A DNA stretch of 64,000 bases, taken from the NCBI GenBank assembly GCA_002633005.1, contig NMRA01000365.1, positions 67,235 through 131,234 on the forward strand, in the 5' to 3' direction. The DNA is from Phoronis australis (Eukaryota > Animalia > Phoronida). The translations under genes were made by a program, and so were the position numbers. The notes under the pieces were generated by a model that saw only the letters and a list, made by a program, of their open reading frames with translations, was not told the origin of the DNA and did no database searches. Positions 35,995 through 50,900 of the stretch are shown piece after piece (position 1 is the first letter of the stretch; each line of letters begins with the position of its first letter).

Positions 35995-38900
35995 TTTCCT
36001 CAGAAATTGTGAATGGTACCTTCCTCCAGTTTTTAAGCTGTTCAAATTTGCCTTGTATTTCCAGTAACTCGCCTTGGTACACAAGGTTGTCTTTACCCAA
36101 CAAATAGCCGATCTCCCTTTTGCTATTAGTGTAGCGGACAATTGGACCAATGGGCGATTCACAAGGGCCACCACACTCAACCAATCCTTTGCAAACGGAC
36201 TGACCTGAAATGTAAAAAGTCCATACTCGTGGTATTCGAATTATTGTCAAATATGTTTTTCACTAGTGTGGTGCATACAACAAAGTTGACATTTATACAC
36301 GTAAGACCTTTTGCAGCAGTCAAAGTACTTTCCACCTTCTTCAATGGCTGACAAACAAATAATTAGCTTTTACTCTCGCAAAACCGGTCACACATATGTC
36401 GTGATACGATTTCATTTCCATTACCAACACAAGTCACAGGCTTTCGGCGTATAAGCGTCATTTTCAAATTCGCTATTTTATGTTTGGCGAACCCCAATAA
36501 ACTGAAGTGTTTTTTGAGTCGCTTATAGCTTTGTTCGGAAGGATTTGTTGGTAACCGAAATAGAATCATATCGGTAAAGAATACCACGAGACTAATTTTA
36601 TGCGAGTAAAGGGTTTTATTCTATGTTTGTTTTTAGCCAGATAAACAGGGCGAAATGCAGGTTAAAGATAATATTTCAGCCATATCAAAACCGATGTGCA
36701 TTCTTGAGAATTTTTGGGGCCGTTCTTAGCAGTTTCGAGCGGAGCCACCGCGAGTCTCAAGATGGCTATTGTTTTCAGGTGGACATCTTTTCGTTATATT
36801 CTTTTATATTCTTTTTGTTATATTCAGGCACATGCCACAACGAGCACGGTCCCTAACAGATTGGTGAAGCAACTCTAGTAAGACATAGGCCGTTGCAGTT
36901 GTCGGCAGTGAATGCAACAAGGACCTAGTGCCAGCCTTGAGGTCAATGAAGCTATGAAGACACACTGCTGAATCTAAGTTGGGGCCCCCGTGAACCTCTC
37001 CAGAATATCTCACCGGAGATTGCCGGGGGCAAACCAATTAAAAGGACGAAAAACACTCGATCGAGTTCCCACTGGCAGTCAGACCTTAACCGCCTATGGA
37101 AATGTGCACTCTGATTACACAGGTCGATGTCCGACCGGCTTCAGGGCCCGAGCAGCTAGACCTTAACGTGGCTACTACATCCCACCGGGGCCTCTTCGGA
37201 GATCTTTGAAATGTGACACGAGTTTGGGGTTATCGCAATGATTTCAGCACAGGTAAAAACATGCGATTGGCAGTGTGATTTGCAATCACTGCTACAGGTC
37301 ACTGCAGACGTAGAGGTACTGTACAAGCTGAGGTGACCGATTCACGTGAACAGTAGCTGAGGTGACAGCCCGTCGCGTCGCAGCGTGAAACCCATGCTAG
37401 AGCCACAACTGAATGAAATGGCTGCTGGCTCGTTCAATTGTTCTCGCCTTAACGTGAGCTGGCAGTTCAGCTATCATTCGCTTGCCTCAGGCTGGCAATC
37501 CATCTGGAGCTCTCCGGTCGCCCTAAGAGCCTAGGATGAGTCCCCGTCATTACACAACATTTAATGGATATTTACCAACATGCTGGTCATCTCTAAATTG
37601 TCTTGTCCCGGCACTAACGTTCCTTCTGGTGATTCTCTCAGGAAACCAGGGATCAATACATATGTAATGCGAACCTTTACGCCGAATACTCTCAGCATGA
37701 CACAGGACGTCTTGCACTTCTTGCAAAATATTCGGAAACCACCAGAGACTGTAGATGAAGGCTGCGGCTTTGGTCTCAACATTTCATCAATTAGTTTGTT
37801 CTAAAAGAGAATATTAAATCCCATTTCACACCCTTCAAATAAAACGACACAGCGTAGCGTCGAGCTCTCTTACTGTTCCAAAACTGGCCAACGTTCCGTG
37901 AACGTAAGAATCTCACAAACACGCTAGACATGCGCGCACTCAGCCTAAAATGTAGGGAGGATCGAATTTTTCAGCATGTGAACCTTTTACTGAAAAAAAA
38001 ACTGGATACCACGTTCAGACCTATGAATTGTGCTTTCGCGCCGAATTCCCGTGGACTTTCATCTCGTTTTCCCGGACTTTATTTTCTCTGAGGGGGACCT
38101 TTTTTTGTTTCTCTGAGGCGGACCTTTTTGCCCATTTCACCAAATGGGGGNCACCCCCCGGGTGCGCGTACGCTATACCAGACAAGTTTTCGCGAGATAT
38201 CGCCATCCATGCATTACAAGCGAAGGAGATAACGAGTGAGCCCAATAGCTATTCTCGCGATTGCCTTAGGTCTACGGAACGCAGCCCTGATCTCTGAAAG
38301 AGGGAACCGACTTCCATACGCGATAAAGCATTATCGCTCAATAGTTTACAAGGTAAAGCTGACGTGTAAGTCTCCACAGCATTTCACTTAGGCAAATTAT
38401 TTTATCGCGAGCTATGTTGCAGAGTAAAACAAGATGTCATTTATAATGACGTAAGTAGAAGAACTTAAAATGACTATGCAAGATGGGCGTGGAAAAATCG
38501 CCACCTTACTCGCCGTTGAAGCAGAGGATAAGTATTTCTATTCTATAGAAAGTTTACGTTAAGCATCAGAATAATTCACCAGCGCTTGTCACGGATGTAT
38601 GAATGAATAGTAGAAACAAGTTTTATCGTTTATACATTAATTATTATATTTGCAGTCAATTTCATTGCCTATCTCTGAATATTTAAGAAGACTGTTTGTT
38701 ATATGTTTTCAAATGTCGTACCTGCTCCGTACGAATTTTTTCCTCCAGGTCATCCAGTTTATCTATTTCAAGCAAAGCCTCCATCATCCGATGTTCTTTT
38801 ATCATATTCTCATACTCTCTTTTCTCATCTAGTGACCCTCTCAACACCAGAAGATAACATTCACTCTCTTTAGCTCTTGCTCGGCCACGTGATTGCACGG

Positions 38901-41900
38901 ACCCGATCTCATTGGACACAAAGTTGTAACGTACCACGAAGTTACACCGAGGTATGTCCAGTCCTTCCTGGGCCACATCAGTGGCAACTAAAAGACTAAT
39001 GCCATCTGTAAACATGCCATTCAAAACTTAATGAAAAATAACAGGTTATACATAAATTGGGCGTGCGAATGCCTCCATCAACACAAGAAAAAAAAAGCTG
39101 CAGTTCGAACACGCACACACGTACTGTCCCAGACTGGAATATCGACAGCAAACCGTTGCTTATATAGAATTAGTAGCGATCTAGGATATCACAAGGGGGG
39201 GGGGCAACATTTTGTCTGTAAACATTTGCTCAAAGCGCGATTGTTGATGCGCATAGCACCGAATGGGGGGAGGTCGGGAGGTTTCCTTGATTCCCGAAGC
39301 ATTATCCAAGAAAAAGGCAAAAAATAGGAGAAAGTGTCAAACAGGAAGAATAGCAAGTACCACAGGCTTGAAAGAGTTCACGACCTGGCGGATAGAGAGC
39401 GCGTGCTTTACCACTGCAGCACCACGATTTAACTCCTAATTTGATACTAAGAGACCTACTTGTTTATGGTCCACAGCGTTTGCGCGCGAACCTTCTTGTT
39501 GATATGCTTATTACATGTTTTATATTTTGTGCAATCAGTTCGTAACAAATTTGTTGTATTTAAAATAGTCTTCGAATGCCCAGAAGACCAAATCCGTTTT
39601 TCGTATTGGCAATAATGACGCGATTGCTTTGGAAATCGTCTTAAGTTAAGGTTTGACAAAGAGAGAATTATGAGTTTCTGAGTGATTCACTAAGGCTTCG
39701 ATTAAAATTGACATCTTACCAGTAGCTTCTGTTTTTTCATCATCACTCAAGATTCCATTTTCTTTAAAAAAATGAAGTAATTTCTTCACTGCACAGTGGA
39801 GCAGATGACGGAAACAGAGTCGTAGTGCCCAGCGCCACTGGCGGTCGCCTGGGATATCGCGGGAGAGCCTATACTTAGCCATAGTTCCGTTACGATTGCG
39901 CCGTGTTCCGAATTTGATACTTGAAATTGGATCTGAGCNTGCGCATAGCACCGAATGGGGGAATGTCGGGAGGTTTCCTTGATTTCCGAAGTATTATCCA
40001 AGAAAAAGGCGAAAAATAGGAGAAAGTGTCAAACAGGAAGAATAGCAAGTACCACAGGCTTGAACGAGTTCACGACCTGGCGGATAGAGAGCGCGTGCTT
40101 TACCACTGCAGCACCACGATTTAACTCCTAATTTGATACTAAGAGACCTACTTGTTTATGGTCCACAACGTTTGCGCGCGAACCTTCTTTTTGTAAATGC
40201 TTATTACATGTTTTATATTTTGTGCAATCAGTTCGTAACAAATTTGTTGTATTTAAAATAGTCTTCAGTTGCCCAAAACACCAAATCCGTTTTTCGTCTT
40301 GGCAATAATGACGCAATTGCTTTGTAAATCGTCTTAAGTTAAGGTTTGACAAAGAGAGAATTATGAGTTTCTGAGTGATTCACTAAGGCTTCGATTGCAC
40401 AGTAGAGCAGACGACGGAAACGGAGTCGTAGTCCCCAGCGCCACTGCCGGTCGCCTGGGATATCGCGGAAGAGCCTATACTTAACCATAGTTCCGTTACG
40501 ATTGCGCCGTGTTCCGAATTTGATACTTGAAATTGGATCTGAGCCCCCCCCAAACAATAAAACTGCTCATATTTAAATCTTGTTTCAGCTGTATAATTTT
40601 AATTACCGGGGTTAATTAATAAACTCAAAATTTCCCTACGCTCTTGCTGTTTTATTTTTTTTACTGTCCCCCCAAATCCGCCTATGAGGATCACTTGGTC
40701 AATGACAGAAATCTAAATGTAATCTTACAAAAGGTCACTCGAAAGCGTTTTGAGTCCAAATTGAAGATAAAGTTATCAGACGAGAACAAAGCTAAAATAT
40801 AATCAGCTCAAGTATTCGGTACTCGGAGTAGACACCATCTCAAATGGAAGTCGTCCAATAGACTAGTACATCATCTATTTCTCAATGTTCGGTCATAGAG
40901 ACAACCCATCTGCTGTGCTGCAAGCAAATGTTTTACTTGTACAGCCTTTCCATTTCACATATTAGTGGTAAATACACAAAACGTACCGAGAGTGGCGTAC
41001 ATGAAGTAATATCCCACGAGTCATTATTTCGGTCTCGGTCGATACGCGAATTCCTAAGTTACTTTAATTTTTTTCTTCAGATTTTTTAAATACTTCACTC
41101 AGACTGTTCACACGGCGGATGACGTCCAATATGAATGTACTTGCGCGTTACCTTGCAAATTTTCACTTGTAAAAGAAACAGTTTTAAAGTAACGATTTAT
41201 TTCTTGAAAAGAGGTAACAAAGATGAAAACAACGACAACTGTACAGTGAACTTGTAACATCTCCTGGAATCAGTTAAATAACAACAATAGTTGATATTGT
41301 AATTTCCTAGGAATCGGCGTCTGAGTTGAAGACAATAATATTTAGCAATTGAAAACTGAGACAGAAGTGTCATATAATTAACAATTTTGTTCCAGATTTT
41401 ACTTTTAGGACCTGGTTGCATGTTGAGCGTTAGTTACACTGCTGCAACTGTATTACTTTAAACTATGTTCGGAAAGTTTGATGGTCGAACCGGCTGATGA
41501 CGTCGAGTCGACATTGACCTACTCTTTGAATTTTCCTATGTCACAGGTCACAGCTGAAGTAGTGAATACGGAAAACATTATTACATGGTGTTGCACTCGA
41601 CAGATTCAACGCGTATGGGATAAGATACCAATACTCGTCAAGTATTCTGGATGAGAGAACTTTCCGTGTATTATTCTGCCCAGTTATTCAAGTACCGACT
41701 GCATCTCAACAGAGGCTAAATCACAGAATTATTCTCCTCTTAACCTGATGTGACACGTTACTCGTTCTGTAAGTGTCTTCAACGAGATTACGATTGAAGT
41801 ATCGGTAAAACAGAACAGAGCAGAACATCACTTCACCTCCCTCAACATCAGGTAACAAATATACAAAACAGGCCTGTTGCAATAAGGTCCAAGAAGATCT

Positions 41901-44900
41901 CAGAATTTTCAGAAAATGGCAAAGTATTTTAATGAACGGGTAGGTAAATTAGTAATTGACAATGCAAAAACATACAAACACCGCATGAATGATGTTTGTC
42001 TGGTTCTATCTCCAAATTAGTGCATTTCGTATTAAACAAGCTGGGGCCATTTTTCTAGATTCAGGATTCAAAGTCTTTCTCAGTATCCCATTCAGTCCTC
42101 CAACGGAAGCCATGCTTTCTTCCATTGCACGTCTGGTCGTTTCAAGGAGGCTGTCTTTGTCATGACCTAGAAACCTCTTTCTCTGATTGGCTGATAGGTC
42201 TACAACATTGCTGTTGAAGCTTACCTTTCAGTATGCAACGACGTAGCTGCAGAAATATTTCTTCTCAACAGCACTGAGAGTGTGGGCATGTTGATCAATG
42301 GTTTGGAAGGAATGGTTAACACGGTGAAACATTGTTGAGATCATAGACATCTTAATACAATGTGATGTCTATGGTTGAGATAGTTCCCTATTTCATGTTA
42401 ATCAACATGGAGGTCAATTTGTGAATGTCCTACAGGTCATGTAGTTACTGCAAATTACTTATGCAAATCAGACACCATTTATTACCTTTCTTTCTGAATT
42501 CCTCAATGACATCATTTTGTCGAGCGTCGGTGAGTCCATCAACACCTTTTCCGATAAGAAAGCCAACACGTTGCCGATGTTTAAAATGACTAGCCAAAAT
42601 GTTACAAAGCCACTCTACTCCCAACTTTCGTCTCGTTAAAATCAAACCTAAATGAAGACAAAAAATGAAAAATACGTAAGCCTAAAACTTCAAAATGAAA
42701 TGAAACCAGTTCCGATAATTTGTTGTAATATATATGCGACCTCGTGAAAGAAGAACAGTTGATTGAAGAATCGGCAAAAAAGAAACAGGCCAATAGCTGA
42801 CGCAATTGCGCCGAAAGCTGACGCAAAAGATCGTTCCACAACTTTAGCAGCAGAATAACGGTAGGCCTAGAACGCCAAATTTTGCAACACCGGTAAATAA
42901 TTTAGTTTACTCAAGGAAGAGTGTAGTTTTTGGCATATTTGTGTCAGATTTTATCTGGTCAGTTTTTTACCCACATCGGCACAAAGCTGTATATTTAGTA
43001 TACCAGCTTTGTGCCAAGGCTGGATTTATTAGAGAACCAGTTTCATCCACTTAAGTAACGGGGCCGTTATTCAGTGATTGCCTAATTCTCTAAATCAAGA
43101 ACCGCTTTATCCTACCACTGCCGAATTTGCATTTTACCAGGACCTTCTGTTTCTTCATCGTCACTCAGCTTCCGCTTTCTTTGAAAATAATAAATAATTT
43201 TCTTCGTTGCACAGTGGAGCAGACAACGGAAACCGTGTTAGAGCGCAGCGCCACTGCCAGTCGTCTGGGAGATCACGCGCATATCGCATACTTATAATGT
43301 TAATTACCGGGATTAATTTATAAACTCAATAATTCCTCACACTGTTGTTTCGCGGCTGCCAAGGATGGGGTGGGGGGGATGGCCTAAACCCGCCTATGCT
43401 TACCAAAGCGAAATCTACTTGAATTAGAGGGTGTCGTGTAGACGTTCGTTAAAGATGGGGAGATCGCGCGCATATCGATCGGAAGTGGCATTACTTAGCC
43501 ATAGTGATGCGTGTTTTGAAGTTCGACGAGATCACGAAAGATCACGTCAGTGGTTCACGAGTTTCTGTGCCGAGAAGTTCAAAGTTATTGGAGAAAACGG
43601 TACATAAGCACCCAAAATATCCACCACCTCCATTTAAGTTTTTCACGACCCCTGTTCGCATGTTCGTGGCCCGAAGTTGTTGAGCATTTGCAGCAATTCG
43701 AATGCCAATTATTAGAGTTTTTTCTAGTCAATTCAATTCTGACGTTGGCACCGAATCACCTGTCTCAGCCCGACGCAAAATTCTAATACTGTGACGTCGA
43801 TTAAACGGACGAGACTTGCATGGATATCGAAGCTGGTGCCTTAAAACAATGTGTAAACCAAGGGAAGAATTCTGGTCTTACAAGGCAAAAACTCAAGGAA
43901 TTTGTTAATTTTCGTGTTACCAAGGAAACCCTGTATAATTCAGTTGCCTTAGGTTGTGGTTACTCTCACCTTTTGGATTGTCACTTGCGCTCAAAAGACG
44001 TTCAAGAAGTACTGTTAGTTCGCGTAACATCGGGTTTATATCTCCTCTCACTGCTGCTTGCATTTGTGACATTTTCTCTTCATAAAGTGACAAAATGCTG
44101 TGTGGAAACAAAAAGGACACAGAAAGACATTAGTTTGAAGATTCTTGTTAAGCGTTACTTGGGTTAAGACATTTTTGTTATTCTTAAAGTGTATAAATGA
44201 ACAAGTAGGGGCATTTCATTGCGAAAAGTATGTCAATATCAACTGGACTTATGACTCCTAAAAGTACGTAGTCAGCGGCGAATATTGACTACACTAATGC
44301 TCTGCAAAAATCAGTGAATAAATAAATCTAGGCCAAATTCTTACCTCAATTCATAAATAGTATTTGCTCCTTTTACGCAAGCTGGCATATTTTCTTCTAA
44401 GAACTTCATTGCATCGTCAGCTCTGAATTCCTTAAAATACAGTAAGGTGTCGTTCAAAACCCGGAGGAAGGAACACGCCGATACCACGTCAGTTAGCGTA
44501 GCACTCTTCTCTGCCTGGATTTTCAGTTGCATAACCGTGGACTCATATGCTTGGGTACCCTTCGTTTCTTTGCCAACGGGTCTGCCCAACATTGGGTCAG
44601 ATTCTTCGACTCTTTGCATCAAATATTCCACTTCTTCCTGGAAGGCAGAATGTTGTCGTGGTAGGACAGAAATGAGCTGGTTTTCCCTTGGTTTGGGGTT
44701 GTGTTGCAAGAGCTCTTCTGTGTTTTGACGGACGTGTGAGATCTTGGAACAGTCCAAGTTAGCACATACGTGAATGTAATGCTTGAGCGCCTCTTTCTTG
44801 CCCACACCTAGAGATGCCGTCATTCCTAACACTTGTGGCAATCTTACGCGGGGATCAGTCACCTTCTCTTTCAAGTAGAATCGCATAATCTGATTGAAGG

Positions 44901-47900
44901 GATGGTCTCGAGTTGTATGGTGGCACTCGTCCATCACAAAAAGATTGAAATCTTTTATGGAGACATCTCCTAATATTGTAAAAAATGAAAAATCTTTCAA
45001 TTGGCCCCTTCATCTCTTAGTGCTGTCTTTAAAGTTTTCAATACACCACTCACAAAGTTTAGAAAGAATGTCTTTGCAACATGCAAATCTGTTATTTTTC
45101 GTTTGGTTTTGGTAAAATCGAAATTAATAGGCTTACAACTTCTATTAATGTTTTTTTCCAAAAGGTAATTTTGAAGTTAACAAGACTTTTACACCTTGTA
45201 AAGAATGACACGTCTAGCTTGGAGATAATTTTAATCATCTCGGTCATTTGAAAGTCGATCCTCCCCTTTTCCGGTTTCGTTTGTGAAAGGAAGCGGTAAC
45301 TGAACGTTGCGTTTGACATACATGCATCTTGATTGACCCCACAAAAAGGTGTCAAGAAAAACTCTCAACAATCAAACTGACCTTTGGAAGGCATTTGACG
45401 TTCTTAGCTGACAGATACGAAAATATTACCTTGATTCAAGGAGTTCACCAAAATTTGCGCAGTTATGAACAGAATTGCATCTGTGTCGCTAATACTATCT
45501 CTCAGTATCTCATCATCAGATAATGTTCTGACAATTTGTATATTGTCTTGAAACAGCTTCCTGAATTCCCCACACTGCTGTGTCACCAAGTTACGAATGG
45601 GTACGATGAAAAGACATCGAAATGGGAAGCTTTCTTTTTTACAAGCGTCGTACATCCTTCTGGCAATGAAAGCGGCCGTCAACGTTTTCCCACTTCCTGT
45701 AGACAATGCAATACGGTCTCAACTGCAAGCAACTAACAGGCATACGATTTAGCAACCGATGCTCTAGTGTAGTAGAACAAGTAGACCTCATAACCTTCAA
45801 TTAAAATAGTTCAACTAAAATCTCACATTTCATGCTTTTTCAAATGGGCAACAGAAAAAAAAAATGTTAGAGTGTTGTCACCACAGAGTTAAGTTTAATA
45901 AGGAACAATTGATAACAAAAACATTTTACTGGACAGGAATAACAGCTTTAAATAGAAAGCGGAGCAGTGCGCATGCGCTTTCCTTTGGCCACACCTCTAG
46001 CCATAATAACCTGTTGGAGCACAGATGATGGTGTTTTTGCCGCTTAGAGCTGGTCCCGCCAGTTCCTTCTGATAAGAATATAGTTCCACTTTGTTGCAAC
46101 CAGTGGAGCCTGAAGTGAGTGAAGTTCTCGAGACACGGCTGTACAACGTGGCTTCTTCAGAACCGACAGCAGACGACCCCGAGTCTTTATCTGGTGGAAG
46201 GCCTACGTCTGGTACGATTTCACAGATGGGATTGTCGAAGAAAGCATTCGTGGCAGCAGCGTAATCTGTAACGGTTCATATATATTAGCTGTAGCTGTTC
46301 ATACATTATTTAAGTGGTTTGTTTGAGGAAGCTGTTCACTATTGTATCAGTTTGTGTAGGACGTCAGGATCACTGTAAAAAAATAATTGCAGGCGGCGGT
46401 CTGATACACGTTGTAACAGACGTGAGCAGGCTGCGCATGTGGGCCCATTGCACTGATCACCTCGAACTATTTTTATGCTTTATTAAAATATTATTAAAAC
46501 GGAGTTGAGGAGCTAGAAACCTGACTCAAGGGTTTAGCACTGTGACCCAGTGGGACTCGAACCCACGACTTCGAGAAAAGAATGCACTAATATCACACCA
46601 GGTCATAATGTCTCCTCTCAGGATCACTATGGTCAACTCATAAATTTGGTGAAGAATAATGACGTATGTCTTACTCAAGCTAAATTTCGGGACTTAAAGA
46701 TTAACTTTGCTTTTTGTCTACAGGATAAAAATTGAAAGGTATTTTTACATCTAGCTTAACAAAATTCAAGACAAAATAAATCAATTACCTTCTGCGCCGT
46801 CAAATTTCAAGTTAAGGTCACGAAAGGTGTCCTCCAAAGTACCGAGATCGCTTTCGTCTTCCTGGGATCTAAGTTCGCCATCTGTTGTAGAGACAAGGCA
46901 TATTGGCTATGATAGTCGATACAACATCGAATCAGAGATGTACTATTGCAGACCGGGTAAATTGAGAAAAACAAAAAGGAAACACGTTGTTGTCGCATTA
47001 TGACTGGACATTGCAAAAAGTCTGTAAATTGTGGAAAATGAGTGAGTAGTGATCTATACTTTTAGAGCTGGCTTTATCAACGTCAGAAAATCCAATTCTA
47101 GCAAATACAGTCGTAACTTTAATGTGCACATAAACGTGGCTCGTAAAGGACGTCGTTAAGTCTCAATATGAAATATCATCGCTTTAATGTCAGTGCCGAC
47201 GATTTGCTCTTTCAGAAAATGTAGTGACGTGCTCTAAAAAACATGCCAACGACTTAGCTATGGCCGGGCATACGATCTTTGATAAAACGGGCCCTTGTTG
47301 TCTCGTTGCTGCCCGATCAGCTGACACGGATAAAGTTAGTGACGGAGTTCTTTATACAGTTTGACAAAAATGACAATGCCTCACGATAAATAACTTCAAA
47401 CTTTGAAATAAACCTAAAAGCTGCATAATTCGCCGTTAACCTGGCTAAAAACGAAAATCAAATCTTGCCTTTTACTCTCTTAAAACCGTTCTCATAACAT
47501 TCCTGACCGTGATAGGATCGCATTTCCGTTACCAACTCGTGTCATAGGCGATGCGTACATGTGCCACTGATAAATTTGCGATAAAAGAATGAAAATTTTG
47601 AGACATCCATTTGAGAAAACATATCAAGTTTGAGTCTAATACACAGGCGCTTGGGTTCATCTGTTCCTGATCGTAAATGACGTCACTCAATACAAGGCTT
47701 ACAAGTTGAAGCACAACTGAAATCCGCCATGTTTACTACTTTAGGTACTTGAATTTAAAGTTTTGAGATCTTTTGAAAATTCCATCGCTAATTGACCACT
47801 CACAAGGACAATTAATGGGATCAAGGAAAGATAAGGCTTCGAATGTTCATGCAATACCACACTGAGGGAGGTGCACGCTGATTATATTCGGATTTTGGAG

Positions 47901-50900
47901 AGTTGAAGTTGGGAGCCTCAGCTTGGCAAACTTTAATTGTCCAACCGTTATGTTTCTTATATATGGTTACAAGTCATCGGGAAATTCGAGGGCCTGTGGT
48001 CTAATACTGGAATAAAAACTTACAAAAATTAGCGACGTTGCGTCCGTTATAATAATAATGTCACAAGCCAAGCTGAAGTCCGTGAGATGCAGACGCAACG
48101 TCGCTAATTTTTGTAAGTTTTTATTCCAGTATTAGACTCGAACTTGATATATAAATTTGCGATATTAGGGTTAGCTAACCCCAATAAACCCTGAAGTGGT
48201 TTTGAGTCGCTGGTGGTTTCAAAGCCTTTGTTCACGGTAAGGAATATCAATAGACCGGTTTTATCTGAGTAGAAGGTTAATTCGACTTTAGTCGTTTAGC
48301 AGCCGACTGAAAAGGGTGAAATGAATCTTAAATTTGAAAAAAAAAAACGTAAAGCCAAGTAAAGAGGACGAAATTTTCAACTAAAACAAACACGAATTAC
48401 AAATTGTTATCTGTATAGCCTAGAACCCAGGGACCTGTTAAAAACTGATTTAGCTAAGACAAATCTTTTAATTCAGTTCTAAGATAAAACTTCAATTTGT
48501 CTTTTAAGTCCGTTCCAAGAAAATGATCTCAATTTAACGTAAGTTTTTGGCTGAAGTTTTGTTTTAAGTTCGACCAACTTACCAGATGTAGAAATTTCAG
48601 AATTTGAAAGTTGAGGCAAACTCAAGTCGAAAATGAACTTAAATCAATTTCTTGAAACGGGCGCCAGGAGTAGAGCCTTACGACGGAAATGATGTCGCTG
48701 TATTCAAATAAAAACCATGTTGCGTAGTGCAGCGTGAGGAGTGTTAACAAAAATGTCACTGATTTGATGGGACACCTTAGGGTGCTGTTTCAATGGTTAC
48801 CTGGACGAGGGCACCCCGAGAGATCTAAGCCTATACTCATGATTGAAAATTACTTCATAAACGGCTTCAACTCACCATTAGTCGGGCAGCCTAAGGATCG
48901 GAGAAGTGAGTCGTAATTTGGCTCTCCCAAAATCAGCTGTACCACATCCGAATAATCACGTTTCATCAGAATCTTGATGAACGATATAAACCATTCATTT
49001 TTATAACGGTAAATATACGTAAGTAACGTACGCACAGCATTCCTGTTACCCTTGTTTGTGTTCACACGTTGAACATGCTCCCTGTAACAATACGCCGAAG
49101 AGCTCATGATTAACAAAGATAAGTATGTAAAAACATGATAACATACTTCACAAAAAATCATCGATTTTGACAAAATCAAATGGCAACAATACAGTTCAAA
49201 CTAAATTAAACACATAGCAAAAAACATTTATGAACCCACAAACGTTAGCTTTCCAACGAGGCATGTAGATAAATAGCACTACCAAAGTAAGGCTATGCAT
49301 AAGAACATGTAGATAAATAATAACACCGAGCATAAAAATATAACATATTCGTACATTTTTCTTTCTTTTGTAAACTATCATGTATAGCCGATAAGCCTGC
49401 CTTCTGTCACAAAAATGATTAAAAACCACTCATCATTGTGAAAGTTGGTCTCAAGATGTTCTTTAATCAAATTGCAAGTGATGATGTCTTCGAAAGAACT
49501 GACAGTTCGTTATTGGTTGAAACTGATCTCTACAGGTTAGCTTATGGTCACGTGATGTCATTTCATGTGCCGGGTTTTGTCGTTCACGAAGAGTCAGTTC
49601 GTTTCAAACCCAGAACTCACTTCTCATCTCAGCAAGAAACAAGTTGAGACCAATGTTATAGCAGCAAGTGATCTAAATCAGAAACTCGCGGGTTCATAGT
49701 CGATTAAATCGTTTAATTGTGATTGGCAACACACTGTCCATTGTAGACGTTCTCTGTATAACTAAAACACTGGCACCCGGAAGTTTGTGGTCTGACGTTG
49801 AACCAAGACGCAGTGTGTGAAAATTAATTGGTGGAAAATTTTAATTTGTTAAAAGTGATTGTAACTGGAAACTCTATTTGTATAACAACATAATTTGAAT
49901 TCAATTTGGAAATTTAACATACCAGCTCAGTCTAACATGTCCACCACTCAAATTGGAAGTTTAAGTCGTTAACTTTTAGGTGAAGTGGACAAACATTTTC
50001 AAAATAAAAATATTGACCAAGCAGACAGCTAGAGTGTGTCGTTTTATCCAAATATTTTGAGGACGTGCACTATTTTCTTTTAATTGTAATATATACACTG
50101 AACTAGGGAAAGCGCATTGATACGTATTTTTGTAAGCACTCTTCCATATTACTGTAAGCGCTCTTCCGTATTCAAATTCATCAAGCTCAGTGTCATGCAG
50201 CAATGTACAACTTAGTAAACATGCATTCTTCGCCTTTCAAATTCGTTAGAACAAGTTTTCCACGCAATCATTTAAAATTTGTTTTTAATACCTTTGGCTT
50301 ATGAGATTATATTTTCTATTACAAAAAAGTCGACTGTGATTGGTGGAAAAGTACCTGTCCCTGGTTTGAATAAGATCCACTGCCTCACATTCGATTAAAA
50401 TGTTGTCCACATCAACAATTTCTTCAACATTTCTCGAAAATAATTTGATCATTCGAATAAATTGCTGGTAATCCGCAGGAGGCTTGTTTCCCTCTAAAAC
50501 GTCTACGAGGCGCTCATAGTCTGTAAAGCATAGAGATTGCAAGGATTTTACTCAATTTGACGGATGAATAGGCTACTACTGACAAGGAATTTTTGTAACT
50601 GGTAATTTAGGAGAAAAAAGTTTAGGCATGAAAAGCCAAAAAATGGTATGCTTTCAAACAAAAGCTACAATGAAAACATTCAGAGTACTATTGCTAGAAA
50701 GCCAAATAGTCCGAAATGGCATTTTTCTTATGCCAGGACCAAAATAAAGGGAGCTGCACAAACGTAGCGTCTATTTCTTTGTTTATACACACATATAAGA
50801 AGCACGGTGCAACGCGTATTCCTACGGTCAAGACAGCAATGGGTTGCGAAAGAGCGCGAAAAATCACTTGAGTAATGGGTATCCCTATAAAGCACAAAAC

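Noticed and set aside
36187-36204. Alternative in-frame AAG acceptor 18 nt into the last RLR exon (would give DQHVG-LVECGGPC)
   Set aside because: Cannot be chosen without transcripts; TTTCAG is the stronger acceptor, and either choice leaves the upstream frameshift unresolved.
37690-37740. Programmed -1 ribosomal frameshift as the explanation for the RLR CTD shift
   Set aside because: No X XXY YYZ slippery heptamer at the shift point; a simple indel is more parsimonious.
39248-40544. Biologically meaningful intronic duplication, with its ORFs 39456-40557
   Set aside because: The copies abut a single N and differ like alleles, so this is probably an assembly artefact; the ORFs are repeat-derived with no recognisable domain.
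48801-48829. LRSLGVPSS on the minus strand resembling the end of the CARD2 exon (LRSLGCPTN), followed by GT
   Set aside because: Little nucleotide similarity and a donor phase incompatible with the next exon; likely chance.
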